Source: Eledone cirrhosa
Taxonomy: Eukaryota
Reading direction: 5' to 3'
Length of the DNA stretch: 64,000 bases
Assembly: GCA_964016885.1 (NCBI GenBank)
Contig: OZ024744.1
Span: 121,024,001 to 121,088,000, forward strand
The number at the start of each line of letters is the position of its first letter. Within the stretch, counting starts at the first letter, position 1. A model generated the notes under the pieces. It saw nothing but the letters and a program-made list of their open reading frames with translations, was not told where the DNA came from and searched no databases. Below are positions 23,604-36,800 of the stretch, piece after piece. A program made the translations under genes and the position numbers.

Positions 23604-24331
23604 AATAACAGGAGGCTTGACTGGTGTAATTGTAAAACCTTGAAAGGTTTATTATACTATGATCATTTCAATGACTGGGTGACATCATCAGGTAATTCAA
23701 AATATAATAAAGGAATATAACAGGTAAAATCCATGGTGCTGAAAATCAGAGACAAAAGGGCGATCGACAATTTCGCACCTTCCTCTGTCAGCCGCCCTCA
23801 AGTGTTGATTATTAAGTCTACTAATGACCATCTGGTAGGGGTGTGCAAGCTTATAATGTGCCACTACGATCCCGTCAGATGGAAATGTCAGCTTTGAGGT
23901 CACGCGTCAATCAGGCTGGTCATGCGGGCTCGAAATTGCCACGAAAAATATTTATTCAAAGAACAAATATCTTCAACAGAGACATATATAGAGAGTAAAA
24001 AAGGGAGAGAGTGTGTGTGAATGAGAGAGAGATAGAGAGTAAAACAGAGAGAGAGTGAGAAAGAGAGAGTGTGTGTAAGTGATATAGAGAGAAGGTGACA
24101 ATTTACAGAAGGAGGCTTTTATGAAAAAGTTTAAGTGTAATATATATAGTCACGATAAATTTTCAGGGTAGTATATAGAGTAAATATTACGCCCTCGCTT
24201 AGCGGTCAATAACCAGCGATGACTGCAGATCCCCCCCAGCCAGCCCTACTGAACCTGGTCATTGAAATGATCATAGCATAATAAACCTTTCAAGGAATTA
24301 CACCAGTCCAGCCTCCTGTTATTTTATAATA
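23596..24331. mobile_element. Non-autonomous TIR element
   Basis: Imperfect ~80-bp TIRs TATTATAAAATAACAGGAGGCT...TTTCAATGAC / GTCATTGAAA...AGCCTCCTGTTATTTTATAATA; no transposase remnant recognised. Confidence 0.7.
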
Positions 24332-24486
24332 ATTAACTCCGTATTGGCACCACGAACTACACAAGCGAAGACGGATGAGTTGCATTACGTTGAGTGTTCT
24401 CCGTAATATTACATCGAGGTTGACCATATGGAATAACCAGTTCTATCCAGTGGTGAACCAACAATCCCAAATAAATAAATATATAT

Positions 24487-24517
<31 letters not shown>

Positions 24518-24544
24518 ATAGTATAATAGTCGAAATGAACTTAC

Positions 24545-24744
24545 TAGAAATGGATGAATATTACGAGCCCCAAGAAATTGGGTGATTCTGAGAGTGATAA
24601 TAAGAAACTTTGGAAGAATAAAGCTCCGGAGACTAAACATGCCATAATGTCTCTCTCTTCTCCGTCCTTTTGGTTCTTTCTCCAAAGATGGTGGCATGTA
24701 CTCATACGGACGGAACCCATATCCATAGACTTCACTGTGAGCAA
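24545..24744 (-). CDS. Candidate internal coding exon of an unidentified host gene
   Basis: Acceptor CTGTTTTTCTTTCAG and donor GTAAGT bracket 200 bp of non-repetitive sequence, open as (x)AHSEVYGYGFRPYEYMPPSLEKEPKGRRRERHYGMFSLRSFILPKFLIITLRITQFLGARNIHPFL; a second frame is also open. Confidence 0.6.
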
Positions 24745-24802
24745 CTGAAAGAAAAACAGTATTGTTACTAATTTAGAGAGTTATGTTTTCTCTCACATGA
24801 TT

Positions 24803-27800
24803 TAGTGAGAGGAATAGAGTGAAATGGTTGGGTCATGTGTTGAGGAAGAATGAAAGTGACAGGGTGAGAGGAATAGAGGTAGTGATGGATGTTGTGAAGA
24901 GAAATAGTGTGAGTTGGTTCGGTCATGTGTTGAGGAAGGATAAAAGTGACTCGGTGAGAGGAATAGAGGTAGTGATGGATGTTGTGAAGAGAGATAGTGT
25001 GAGATGGGTGGGTCATGTGTTGAGGAAGGATAAAAGTGACTGGTTGAGAGGAATAGAGGTAGTGATGGATGTTGTGAAGAGAGATAGTGTGAGATGGTTG
25101 GGTCATGTGTTGAGGAAGGATAAAAGTGACTGGGTGAGAGGAATAGAGGTAGTGATGGAGGTTGTGAAGAGAGATAGTGTGAGATGGTTGGGTCATGTGT
25201 TGAGGAAGGATGGAAGTGACTGGGTGAGAGGAACAGAGGTAGTGATAGATGTTGTGAAGAGAGATAGTGTGAGATGGTTGGGTCCTGTGAAGAGAGATAG
25301 TGTGAGATGGTTAGCTCATGTGTTGAGGAAGGATAAAAGTGACTGGATGAGAGGAATAGAGGTTGTGATGGATGTTGTGAAGAGAGATAGTGTGAGATGG
25401 TTGGGTCATGTGTTGAGGAAGTATGAAAGTGACTGGGTGAGAGGAATAGAGGTAGTGATGGATGTTGCGAAGAGAGATAGTGTGAGATGGTTGGGTCATG
25501 TGTTGAGGAAGGATAAAAGTGACTGGGTGAGAGGAATAGAGGTAGTGATGGATGTTGTGAAGAGAGATAGTGTGAGATGGTTGGGTCATGTGTTGAGGAA
25601 GGATAAAAGTGACTAGGTGAGAGGAATAGAGGTAGTGATAGATGTTGTGAAGAGAGATAGTGTGAGATGGTTGGGTCATGTGTTGATGAAGTATGAAAGT
25701 GACTGGGTGAGAGGAATAGAGGTAGAGATGGATGTTGTGAAGAGAGATAGTGTTTGATGGTTGGGTCATGTGTTGAGGAAGGATAAAAGTGACTGGGTGA
25801 GAGGAATAGATGTAGTGATGGATGTTGTGAAGAGAGATAGTGTGAGATGGTTGGGTCATGTGTTGAGGAAGGATAAAAGTGACTGGGTGAGAGGAATAGA
25901 GGTAGTGATGGATGTTGTGAAGAGAGATAGTGTGAGATGGTTAGCTCATGTGTTGAGGAAGGATAAAAGTGACTCGGTGAGAGGAATAGAGGTAGTGATA
26001 GATGTTGTGAAGAGAGATAGTGTGAGATGGTTGGGTCATGTGTTGAGGAAGGATAAAAGTGACTGGGTGAGATGAATAGAGGTAGTGATGGATGTTGTGA
26101 AGAGAGATAGTGTGAGATGGTTGGGTCATGTGTTGAGGAAGGATAAAAGTGACTGGGTGAGAGGAATAGAGGTAGTGATGGATGTTGTGAAGAGAGATAT
26201 GTGAGATGGTTGGGTCATGTGTTGAGGAAGGATAAAAGTGACTGGGTGAGAGGAATAGAGGTAGTGACGGATGTTGTGAAGAGAGATAGTGTGAGATGGT
26301 TGGGTCATGTGTTGAGGAAGGATAAAAGTGACTCGGTGAGAGGAATAGAGGTAGTGATAGATGTTGTGAAGAGAGATAGTGTGAGATGGTTGGGTCATGT
26401 GTTGAGGAAGGATAAAAGTGACTGGTTGAGAGGAATAGAGGTAGTGATGGATGTTGTGAAGAGAGATAGTGTGAGATGGTTAGCTCATGTGTTGAGGAAG
26501 GATAAAAGTGACTCGGTGAGAGGAATAGAGGTAGTGATAGATGTTGTGAAGAGAGATAGTGTGAGATGGTTGGGTCCTGTGTTGAGGAAGGATAAAAGTG
26601 ACTGGGTGAGATGAATAGAGGTAGTGATGGATGTTGAGAAGAGAGATAGTGTGAGATGGTTGGGTCATGTGTTGAGGAAGGATAAAAGTGACTGGGTGAG
26701 AGGAATAGAGGTAGTGATGGATGTTGTGAAGAGAGATATGTGAGATGGTTGGGTCATGTTTTGAGGAAGGATAAAAGTGACTGGGTGAGAGGAATAGAGG
26801 TAGTGACGGATGTTGTGAAGAGAGATAGTGTGAGATGGTTGGGTCATGTGTTGAGGAAGGATAAAAGTGACTCGGTGAGAGGAATAGAGGTAGTGATAGA
26901 TGTTGTGAAGAGAGATAGTGTGAGATGGTTGGGTCATGTGTTGAGGAAGGATAAAAGTGACTGGGTGAGAGGAATAGAGGTAGTGACGGATGTTGTGAAG
27001 AGAGATAGTGTGAGATGGTTGGGTCATGTGTTGAGGAAGGATAAAAGTGACTGGGTGAGAGGAATAGAGGTAGTGATAGATATTGTGAAGAGAGATAGTG
27101 TGAGATGGTTGGGTCATGTGTTGAGGAAGGATAAAAGTGACTGGTTGAGAGGAATAGAGGTAGTGATGGATGTTGTGAAGAGAGATAGTGTGAGATGGTT
27201 GGGTCATGTGTTGAGGAAGGATAAAAGTAACTGGGTGAGAGGAATAGAGGTAGTGATGGATGTTGTGAAGAGAGATAGTGTGAGATGGGTAGCTCATGTG
27301 TTGAGGAAGGATAAAAGTGACTGGGTGAGAGGAATAGAGGTAGTGATGGATGTTGTGAAGAGAGATAGTGTGAGATGGTTGGCTCATGTGTTGAGGAAGT
27401 ATGAAAGTGACCGGGTGAGAGGAATAGAGGTTGTGATGGATGTTGTGAAGAGAGATAGTGTGAGATGGTTGGGTCATGTGTTGAGGAAGTATCAAAGTGA
27501 CTGGGTGACAGGAATAGAGGTAGTGATGGATGTTGTGAAGAGAGATAGTGTGAGATGGTTGGGTCATATGTTGAGGAAGGATAAAAGTGACTGGGTGAGA
27601 GGAATAGGGGTAGTGATGGATGTTGTGAGGAGAGATAGTGTGAGATGGTTGGGTCATGTGTTGAGGAAGTATGAAAGTGACTGGGTGAGAGGAATAGAGG
27701 TAGTGATAGATGTTGTGAAGAGAGATAGTGTGAGATGGATGGGTCATGTGTTGAGGAAGTATGAAAGTGACTGGGTGAGAGGAATAGAGGTAGTGATAGA

Positions 27801-30800
27801 TGTTGTGAAGAGAGATAGTGTGAGATGGTTGGGTCATGTGTTGAGGAAGGATAAAAGTGACTGGGTGAGAGGTATAGAGGTAGTGATGGATGTTGTGAAG
27901 AGAGATAGTGTGAGAAGGTTGGGTCATGTGTTCAGGAAGGATAAAATTGATTGGGTGAGAGGAATAGAGGTAGTGATGGATGTTGTGAAGAGAGATAGTG
28001 TGAGATGGTTGGGTGATGTGTTGAGGAAGGATAAAAGTGACTGGGTGAGAGGAATAGAGGTAGTGATGGATGTTGTGAAGAGAGATAGTGTGAGATGGTT
28101 GGGTCATATGTTGAGGAAGGATAAAAGTGACTGGGTGAGAGGAATAGAGGGAGTGATGGATGTTGTGAAGAGAGATAGTGTGAGATGGGTGGGTCATGTG
28201 TTGAGGAAGGATAAAAGTGACTGGTTGAGAGGAATAGAGGTAGTGATGGATGTTGTGAAGAGAGATAGTGTGAGATGGTTGGGTCATGTGTTGAGGAAGG
28301 ATAAAAGTGACTGGGTGAGAGGAATAGAGGTAGTGATGGATGTTGTGAAGAGAGATAGTGTGAGATGGTTGGGTCCTGTGTTGGGGAAGGATGAAAGTGA
28401 CTGGGTGAGAGGAACAGAGGTAGTGATAGATGTTGTGAAGAGAGATAGTGTGAGATGGTTGGGTCCTGTGAAGAGAGATAGTGTGAGATGGTTAGCTCAT
28501 GTGTTGAGGAAGGATAAAAGTGACTGGGTGAGAGGAATAGAGGTTGTGATGGATGTTGTGAAGAGAGATAGTGTGAGATGGTTGGGTCATGTGTTGAGGA
28601 AGTATGAAAGTGACTGGGTGAGAGGAATAGAGGTAGTGATGGATGTTGTGAAGAGAGATATGTGAGATGGTTGGGTCATGTGTTGAGGAAGGATAAAAGT
28701 GACTGGGTGAGAGGAATAGAGGTAGTGACGGATGTTGTGAAGAGAGATAGTGTGAGATGGTTGGGTCATGTGTTGAGGAAGGATAAAAGTGACTCGGTGA
28801 GAGGAATAGAGGTAGTGATAGATGTTGTGAAGAGAGATAGTGTGAGATGGTTGGGTCATGTGTTGAGGAAGGATAAAAGTGACTGGTTGAGAGGAATAGA
28901 GGTAGTGATGGATGTTGTGAAGAGAGATAGTGTGAGATGGTTGGGTCATGTGTTGAGGAAGGATAAAAGTGACTGGGTGAGAGGAATAGAGGTAGTGATG
29001 GATGTTGTGAAGAGAGATAGTGTGAGATGGTTGGGTCATGTGTTGAGGAAGGATAAAAGTGACTGGGTGAGAGGAATAGGGGTAGTGATGGATGTTGTGA
29101 GGAGAGATAGTGTGAGATGGTTGGGTCATGTGTTGAGGAAGTATGAAAGTGACTGGGTGAGAGGAATAGAGGTAGTGATAGATGTTGTGAAGAGAGATAG
29201 TGTGAGATGGATGGGTCATGTGTTGAGGAAGTATGAAAGTGACTGGGTGAGAGGAATAGAGGTAGTGATAGATGTTGTGAAGAGAGATAGTGTGAGATGG
29301 TTGGGTCATGTGTTGAGGAAGGATAAAAGTGACTGGGTGAGAGGTATAGAGGTAGTGATGGATGTTGTGAAGAGAGATAGTGTGAGATGGTTGGGTCATG
29401 TGTTGAGGAAGGATAAAAGTGACTGGGTGAGAGGTATAGAGGTAGTGATGGATGTTGTGAAGAGAGATAGTGTGAGAAGGTTGGGTCATGTGTTCAGGAA
29501 GGATAAAATTGATTGGGTGAGAGGAATAGAGGTAGTGATGGATGTTGTGAAGAGAGATAGTGTGAGATGGTTGGGTGATGTGTTGAGGAAGGATAAAAGT
29601 GACTGGGTGAGAGGAATAGAGGTAGTGATGGATGTTGTGAAGAGAGATAGTGTGAGATGGTTGGGTCATATGTTGAGGAAGGATAAAAGTGACTGGGTGA
29701 GAGGAATAGAGGGAGTGATGGATGTTGTGAAGAGAGATAGTGTGAGATGGGTGGGTCATGTGTTGAGGAAGGATAAAAGTGACTGGTTGAGAGGAATAGA
29801 GGTAGTGATGGATGTTGTGAAGAGAGATAGTGTGAGATGGTTGGGTCATGTGTTGAGGAAGGATAAAAGTGACTGGGTGAGAGGAATAGAGGTAGTGATG
29901 GATGTTGTGAAGAGAGATAGTGTGAGATGGTTGGGTCCTGTGTTGGGGAAGGATGAAAGTGACTGGGTGAGAGGAACAGAGGTAGTGATAGATGTTGTGA
30001 AGAGAGATAGTGTGAGATGGTTGGGTCCTGTGAAGAGAGATAGTGTGAGATGGTTAGCTCATGTGTTGAGGAAGGATAAAAGTGACTGGGTGAGAGGAAT
30101 AGAGGTTGTGATGGATGTTGTGAAGAGAGATAGTGTGAGATGGTTGGGTCATGTGTTGAGGAAGTATGAAAGTGACTGGGTGAGAGGAATAGAGGTAGTG
30201 ATGGATGTTGTGAAGAGAGATATGTGAGATGGTTGGGTCATGTGTTGAGGAAGGATAAAAGTGACTGGGTGAGAGGAATAGAGGTAGTGACGGATGTTGT
30301 GAAGAGAGATAGTGTGAGATGGTTGGGTCATGTGTTGAGGAAGGATAAAAGTGACTCGGTGAGAGGAATAGAGGTAGTGATAGATGTTGTGAAGAGAGAT
30401 AGTGTGAGATGGTTGGGTCATGTGTTGAGGAAGGATAAAAGTGACTGGTTGAGAGGAATAGAGGTAGTGATGGATGTTGTGAAGAGAGATAGTGTGAGAT
30501 GGTTGGGTCATGTGTTGAGGAAGGATAAAAGTGACTGGGTGAGAGGAATAGAGGTAGTGATGGATGTTGTGAAGAGAGATAGTGTGAGATGGTTGGGTCA
30601 TGTGTTGAGGAAGGATAAAAGTGACTGGGTGAGAGGAATAGGGGTAGTGATGGATGTTGTGAGGAGAGATAGTGTGAGATGGTTGGGTCATGTGTTGAGG
30701 AAGTATGAAAGTGACTGGGTGAGAGGAATAGAGGTAGTGATAGATGTTGTGAAGAGAGATAGTGTGAGATGGATGGGTCATGTGTTGAGGAAGTATGAAA

Positions 30801-33800
30801 GTGACTGGGTGAGAGGAATAGAGGTAGTGATAGATGTTGTGAAGAGAGATAGTGTGAGATGGTTGGGTCATGTGTTGAGGAAGGATAAAAGTGACTGGGT
30901 GAGAGGTATAGAGGTAGTGATGGATGTTGTGAAGAGAGATAGTGTGAGAAGGTTGGGTCATGTGTTCAGGAAGGATAAAATTGATTGGGTGAGAGGAATA
31001 GAGGTAGTGATGGATGTTGTGAAGAGAGATAGTGTGAGATGGTTGGGTGATGTGTTGAGGAAGGATAAAAGTGACTGGGTGAGAGGAATAGAGGGAGTGA
31101 TGGATGTTGTGAAGAGAGATAGTGTGAGATGGGTGGGTCATGTGTTGAGGAAGGATAAAAGTGACTGGTTGAGAGGAATAGAGGTAGTGATGGATGTTGT
31201 GAAGAGAGATAGTGTGAGATGGTTGGGTCATGTGTTGAGGAAGGATAAAAGTGACTGGGTGAGAGGAATAGAGGTAGTGATGGATGTTGTGAAGAGAGAT
31301 AGTGTGAGATGGTTGGGTCCTGTGTTGGGGAAGGATGAAAGTGACTGGGTGAGAGGAACAGAGGTAGTGATAGATGTTGTGAAGAGAGATAGTGTGAGAT
31401 GGTTGGGTCCTGTGAAGAGAGATAGTGTGAGATGGTTAGCTCATGTGTTGAGGAAGGATAAAAGTGACTGGGTGAGAGGAATAGAGGTTGTGATGGATGT
31501 TGTGAAGAGAGATAGTGTGAGATGGTTGGGTCATGTGTTGAGGAAGTATGAAAGTGACTGGGTGAGAGGAATAGAGGTAGTGATGGATGTTGCGAAGAGA
31601 GATAGTGTGAGATGGTTGGGTCATGTGTTGAGGAAGGATAAAAGTGACTGGGTGAGAGGAATAGAGGTAGTGATGGATGTTGTGAAGAGAGATGGTGTGA
31701 GATGGTTAGCTCATGTGTTGAGGAAGGATAAAAGTGACTGGGTGAGAGGAATAGAGGTTGTGATGGATGTTGTCAGGAGAGATAGTGTGAGATTGTTGGG
31801 TCATGTGTTGAGGAAGTATGAAAGTGACTGGGTGAGAGTAATAGAGGTAGAGATGGATGTTGTGAAGAGAGATAGTGTTTGATGGTTGGGTCATGTGTTG
31901 AGGAAGGATAAAATTGATTGGGTGAGAGGAATGGAGGTAGTGATGGATGTTGTGAAGAGAGATAGTGTGAGATGGTTGGGTCATGTGTTGAGGAAGGATA
32001 AAAGTGACTGGGTGAGAGGAATAGAGGTAGTGATGGATGTTGTGAAGAGAGATAGTGTGAGATGGTTGGGTCATGTGTTGAGTAACGATAAAAGTGACTG
32101 GGTGAGAGGAATAGAGGTAGTGACGGATGTTATGAAGAGAGATAGTGTGAGATGGGTGGGTCATGTGTTGAGGAAGGATAAAAGTGACTGGGTGAGAGGA
32201 ATAGAGGTAGTGATGGATGTTGCGAAGAGAGATAGTGTGAGATGGTTGGGTCATGTGTTGAGGAAGGATAAAAGTGACTGGGTGAGAGGAATAGAGGTTG
32301 TGATGAATGTTGTGAAGAGAGATAGTGTGAGATGGTTGGGTCATGTGTTGAGGAAGTATGAAAGTGACTGGGTGACAGGAATAGAGGTAGTGATGGATGT
32401 TGTGAAGAGAGATAGTGTGAGATGGTTGGGTCATATGTTGAGGAAGGATAAAAGTGACTGGGTGAGAGGAATAGAGGTAGTGATGGATGTTGTGAAGAGA
32501 GATAGTGTGAGATGGTTGGGTCATGTGTTGAGGAAGTATGAAAGTGACTGGGTGTGAGCAATAGAGGTAGTGATGGATGTTGTGAGGAGAGATAGTGTGA
32601 GATGGTTGGGTCATGTGTTGAGGAAGGATAAAAGTGACTGGGTGAGAGGAACAGAGGTAGTGATGGATGTTGTGAAGAGAGATAGTGTGAGATGGTTAGG
32701 TCATGTGTTGAGGAAGTATGAAAGTGACTGGGTGAGAGGAATAGGGGTAGTGATGGATGTTGTGAGGAGAGATAGTGTGAGATGGTTGGGTCATGTGTTC
32801 AGAAAGTATGAAAGTGACTGGGTGAGAGGAATAGAGGTAGTGATAGATGTTGTGAAGAGAGATAGTGTGAGATGGTTGGGTCATGTGTTGAGGAAGTATG
32901 AAAGTGATTGGGTGAGAGGAATAGAGGTAGAGATGGATGTTGTGAAGAGAGATAGTGTGAGAAGGTTGGGTCATGTGTTGAGGAAGTATGAAAGTGACTG
33001 GGTGAGAGGAATAGAGGTAGTGATGGATGTTGTGAAGAGAGATAGTGTGAGATGGTTGGGTCATGTGTTGAGGAGGGATAAAATTGATTGGGTGAGAGGA
33101 ATAGAGGTAGTGATGGATGTTGTGAAGAGAGATAGTGTGAGATGGTTGGGTCATGTGTTGTGGAAGGATAAAAGTGACTGAGTGAGAGGAATAGAGGTAG
33201 TGATGGATGTTGTGAAGAGAGATAGTGTGAGATGGTTGGGTCCTGTGTTGGGGAAGGATGAAAGTGACTGGGTGAGAGAAACAGAGGTAGTGATAGATGT
33301 TGTGAAGAGAGATAGTGTAAGATGGTTGGGTCCTGTGAAGAGAGATAGTGTGAGATGGTTAGCTCATGTGTTGAGGAAGGATAAAAGTGACTGGGTGAGA
33401 GGAATAGAGGTTGTGATGGATGTTGTGAAGAGAGATAGTGTGAGATGGTTGGGTCATGTGTTGAGGAAGTATGAAAGTGACTGGGTGAGAGGAATAGAGG
33501 TAGTGATGGATGTTGCGAAGAGAGATAGTGTGAGATGGTTGGGTCATGTGTTGAGGAAGGATAAAAGTGACTGGGTGAGAGGAATAGAGGTAGTGATGGA
33601 TGTTGTGAAGAGAGATGGTGTGAGATGGTTAGCTCATGTGTTGAGGAAGGATAAAAGTGACTGGGTGAGAGGAATAGAGGTTGTGATGGATGTTGTGAAG
33701 AGAGATAGTGTGAGATGGTTGGGTCATGTGTTGAGGAAGTATGAAAGTGACTGGGTGAGAGGAATAGAGGTAGTGATGGATGTTGTAAGGAGAGATAGTG

Positions 33801-36800
33801 TGAGATGGTTGGGTCATGTGTTGAGGAAGTATGAAAGTGACTAGGTGAGAGGAATAGAGGTAGTGATAGATGTTGTGAAGAGAGATAGTGTGAGATGGTT
33901 GGGTCATGTGTTGAGGAAGTATGAAAGTGACTGGGTGAGAGTAATAGAGGTAGAGATGGATGTTGTGAAGAGAGATAGTGTTTGATGGTTGGGTCATGTG
34001 TTGAGGAAGGATAAAAGTGATTGGGTGAGAGGAATGGAGGTAGTGATGGATGTTGTGAAGAGAGATAGTGTGAGATGGTTGGGTCATGTGTTGAGGAAGG
34101 ATAAAAGTGACTGGGTGAGAGGAATAGAGGTAGTGATGGATGTTGTGAAGAGAGATAGTGTGAGATGGTTGGGTCATGTGTTGAGGAAGGATAAAAGTGA
34201 GTCGTCGAGAGGAATAGAGGTAGTGATGGATGTTGTGAAGAGAGATAGTGTGAGATGGTTGGGTCATGTGTTGAGGAAGGATAAAAGTGACTGGGTGAGA
34301 GGAATAGAGGTAGTGATGGATGTTGCGAAGAGAGATAGTGTGAGATGGTTGGGTCATGTGTTGAGGAAGGATAAAAGTGACTGGGTGAGAGGAATAGAGG
34401 TTGTGATGGATGTTGTGAAGAGAGATAGTGTGAGATGGTTGGGTCATGTGTTGAGGAAGTATGAAAGTGACTGGGTGAGAGGAATAGAGGTAGTGATGGA
34501 TGTTGTGAAGAGAGATAGTGTGAGATGGTTGGGTCATATGTTGAGGAAGGATAAAAGTGACTGGGTGAGAGGAATAGAGGGAGTGATGGATGTTGTGAAG
34601 AGAGATAGTGTGAGATGGGTGGGTCATGTGTTGAGGAAGGATAAAAGTGACTGGTTGAGAGGAATAGAGGTAGTGATGGATGTTGTGAAGAGAGATAGTG
34701 TGAGATGGTTGGGTCATGTGTTGAGGAAGGATAAAAGTGACTGGGTGAGAGGAATAGAGGTAGTGATGGATGTTGTGAAGAGAGATAGTGTGAGATGGTT
34801 GGGTCCTGTGTTGGGGAAGGATGAAAGTGACTGGGTGAGAGGAACAGAGGTAGTGATAGATGTTGTGAAGAGAGATAGTGTGAGATGGTTGGGTCCTGTG
34901 AAGAGAGATAGTGTGAGATGGTTAGCTCATGTGTTGAGGAAGGATAAAAGTGACTGGGTGAGAGGAATAGAGGTTGTGATGGATGTTGTGAAGAGAGATA
35001 GTGTGAGATGGTTGGGTCATGTGTTGAGGAAGTATGAAAGTGACTGGGTGAGAGGAATAGAGGTAGTGATGGATGTTGTGAAGAGAGATATGTGAGATGG
35101 TTGGGTCATGTGTTGAGGAAGGATAAAAGTGACTGGGTGAGAGGAATAGAGGTAGTGACGGATGTTGTGAAGAGAGATAGTGTGAGATGGTTGGGTCATG
35201 TGTTGAGGAAGGATAAAAGTGACTCGGTGAGAGGAATAGAGGTAGTGATAGATGTTGTGAAGAGAGATAGTGTGAGATGGTTGGGTCATGTGTTGAGGAA
35301 GGATAAAAGTGACTGGTTGAGAGGAATAGAGGTAGTGATGGATGTTGTGAAGAGAGATAGTGTGAGATGGTTGGGTCATGTGTTGAGGAAGGATAAAAGT
35401 GACTGGGTGAGAGGAATAGAGGTAGTGATGGATGTTGTGAAGAGAGATAGTGTGAGATGGTTGGGTCATGTGTTGAGGAAGGATAAAAGTGACTGGGTGA
35501 GAGGAATAGGGGTAGTGATGGATGTTGTGAGGAGAGATAGTGTGAGATGGTTGGGTCATGTGTTGAGGAAGTATGAAAGTGACTGGGTGAGAGGAATAGA
35601 GGTAGTGATAGATGTTGTGAAGAGAGATAGTGTGAGATGGATGGGTCATGTGTTGAGGAAGTATGAAAGTGACTGGGTGAGAGGAATAGAGGTAGTGATA
35701 GATGTTGTGAAGAGAGATAGTGTGAGATGGTTGGGTCATGTGTTGAGGAAGGATAAAAGTGACTGGGTGAGAGGTATAGAGGTAGTGATGGATGTTGTGA
35801 AGAGAGATAGTGTGAGAAGGTTGGGTCATGTGTTCAGGAAGGATAAAATTGATTGGGTGAGAGGAATAGAGGTAGTGATGGATGTTGTGAAGAGAGATAG
35901 TGTGAGATGGTTGGGTGATGTGTTGAGGAAGGATAAAAGTGACTGGGTGAGAGGAATAGAGGGAGTGATGGATGTTGTGAAGAGAGATAGTGTGAGATGG
36001 GTGGGTCATGTGTTGAGGAAGGATAAAAGTGACTGGTTGAGAGGAATAGAGGTAGTGATGGATGTTGTGAAGAGAGATAGTGTGAGATGGTTGGGTCATG
36101 TGTTGAGGAAGGATAAAAGTGACTGGGTGAGAGGAATAGAGGTAGTGATGGATGTTGTGAAGAGAGATAGTGTGAGATGGTTGGGTCCTGTGTTGGGGAA
36201 GGATGAAAGTGACTGGGTGAGAGGAACAGAGGTAGTGATAGATGTTGTGAAGAGAGATAGTGTGAGATGGTTGGGTCCTGTGAAGAGAGATAGTGTGAGA
36301 TGGTTAGCTCATGTGTTGAGGAAGGATAAAAGTGACTGGGTGAGAGGAATAGAGGTTGTGATGGATGTTGTGAAGAGAGATAGTGTGAGATGGTTGGGTC
36401 ATGTGTTGAGGAAGTATGAAAGTGACTGGGTGAGAGGAATAGAGGTAGTGATGGATGTTGCGAAGAGAGATAGTGTGAGATGGTTGGGTCATGTGTTGAG
36501 GAAGGATAAAAGTGACTGGGTGAGAGGAATAGAGGTAGTGATGGATGTTGTGAAGAGAGATGGTGTGAGATGGTTAGCTCATGTGTTGAGGAAGGATAAA
36601 AGTGACTGGGTGAGAGGAATAGAGGTTGTGATGGATGTTGTCAGGAGAGATAGTGTGAGATTGTTGGGTCATGTGTTGAGGAAGTATGAAAGTGACTGGG
36701 TGAGAGTAATAGAGGTAGAGATGGATGTTGTGAAGAGAGATAGTGTTTGATGGTTGGGTCATGTGTTGAGGAAGGATAAAATTGATTGGGTGAGAGGAAT

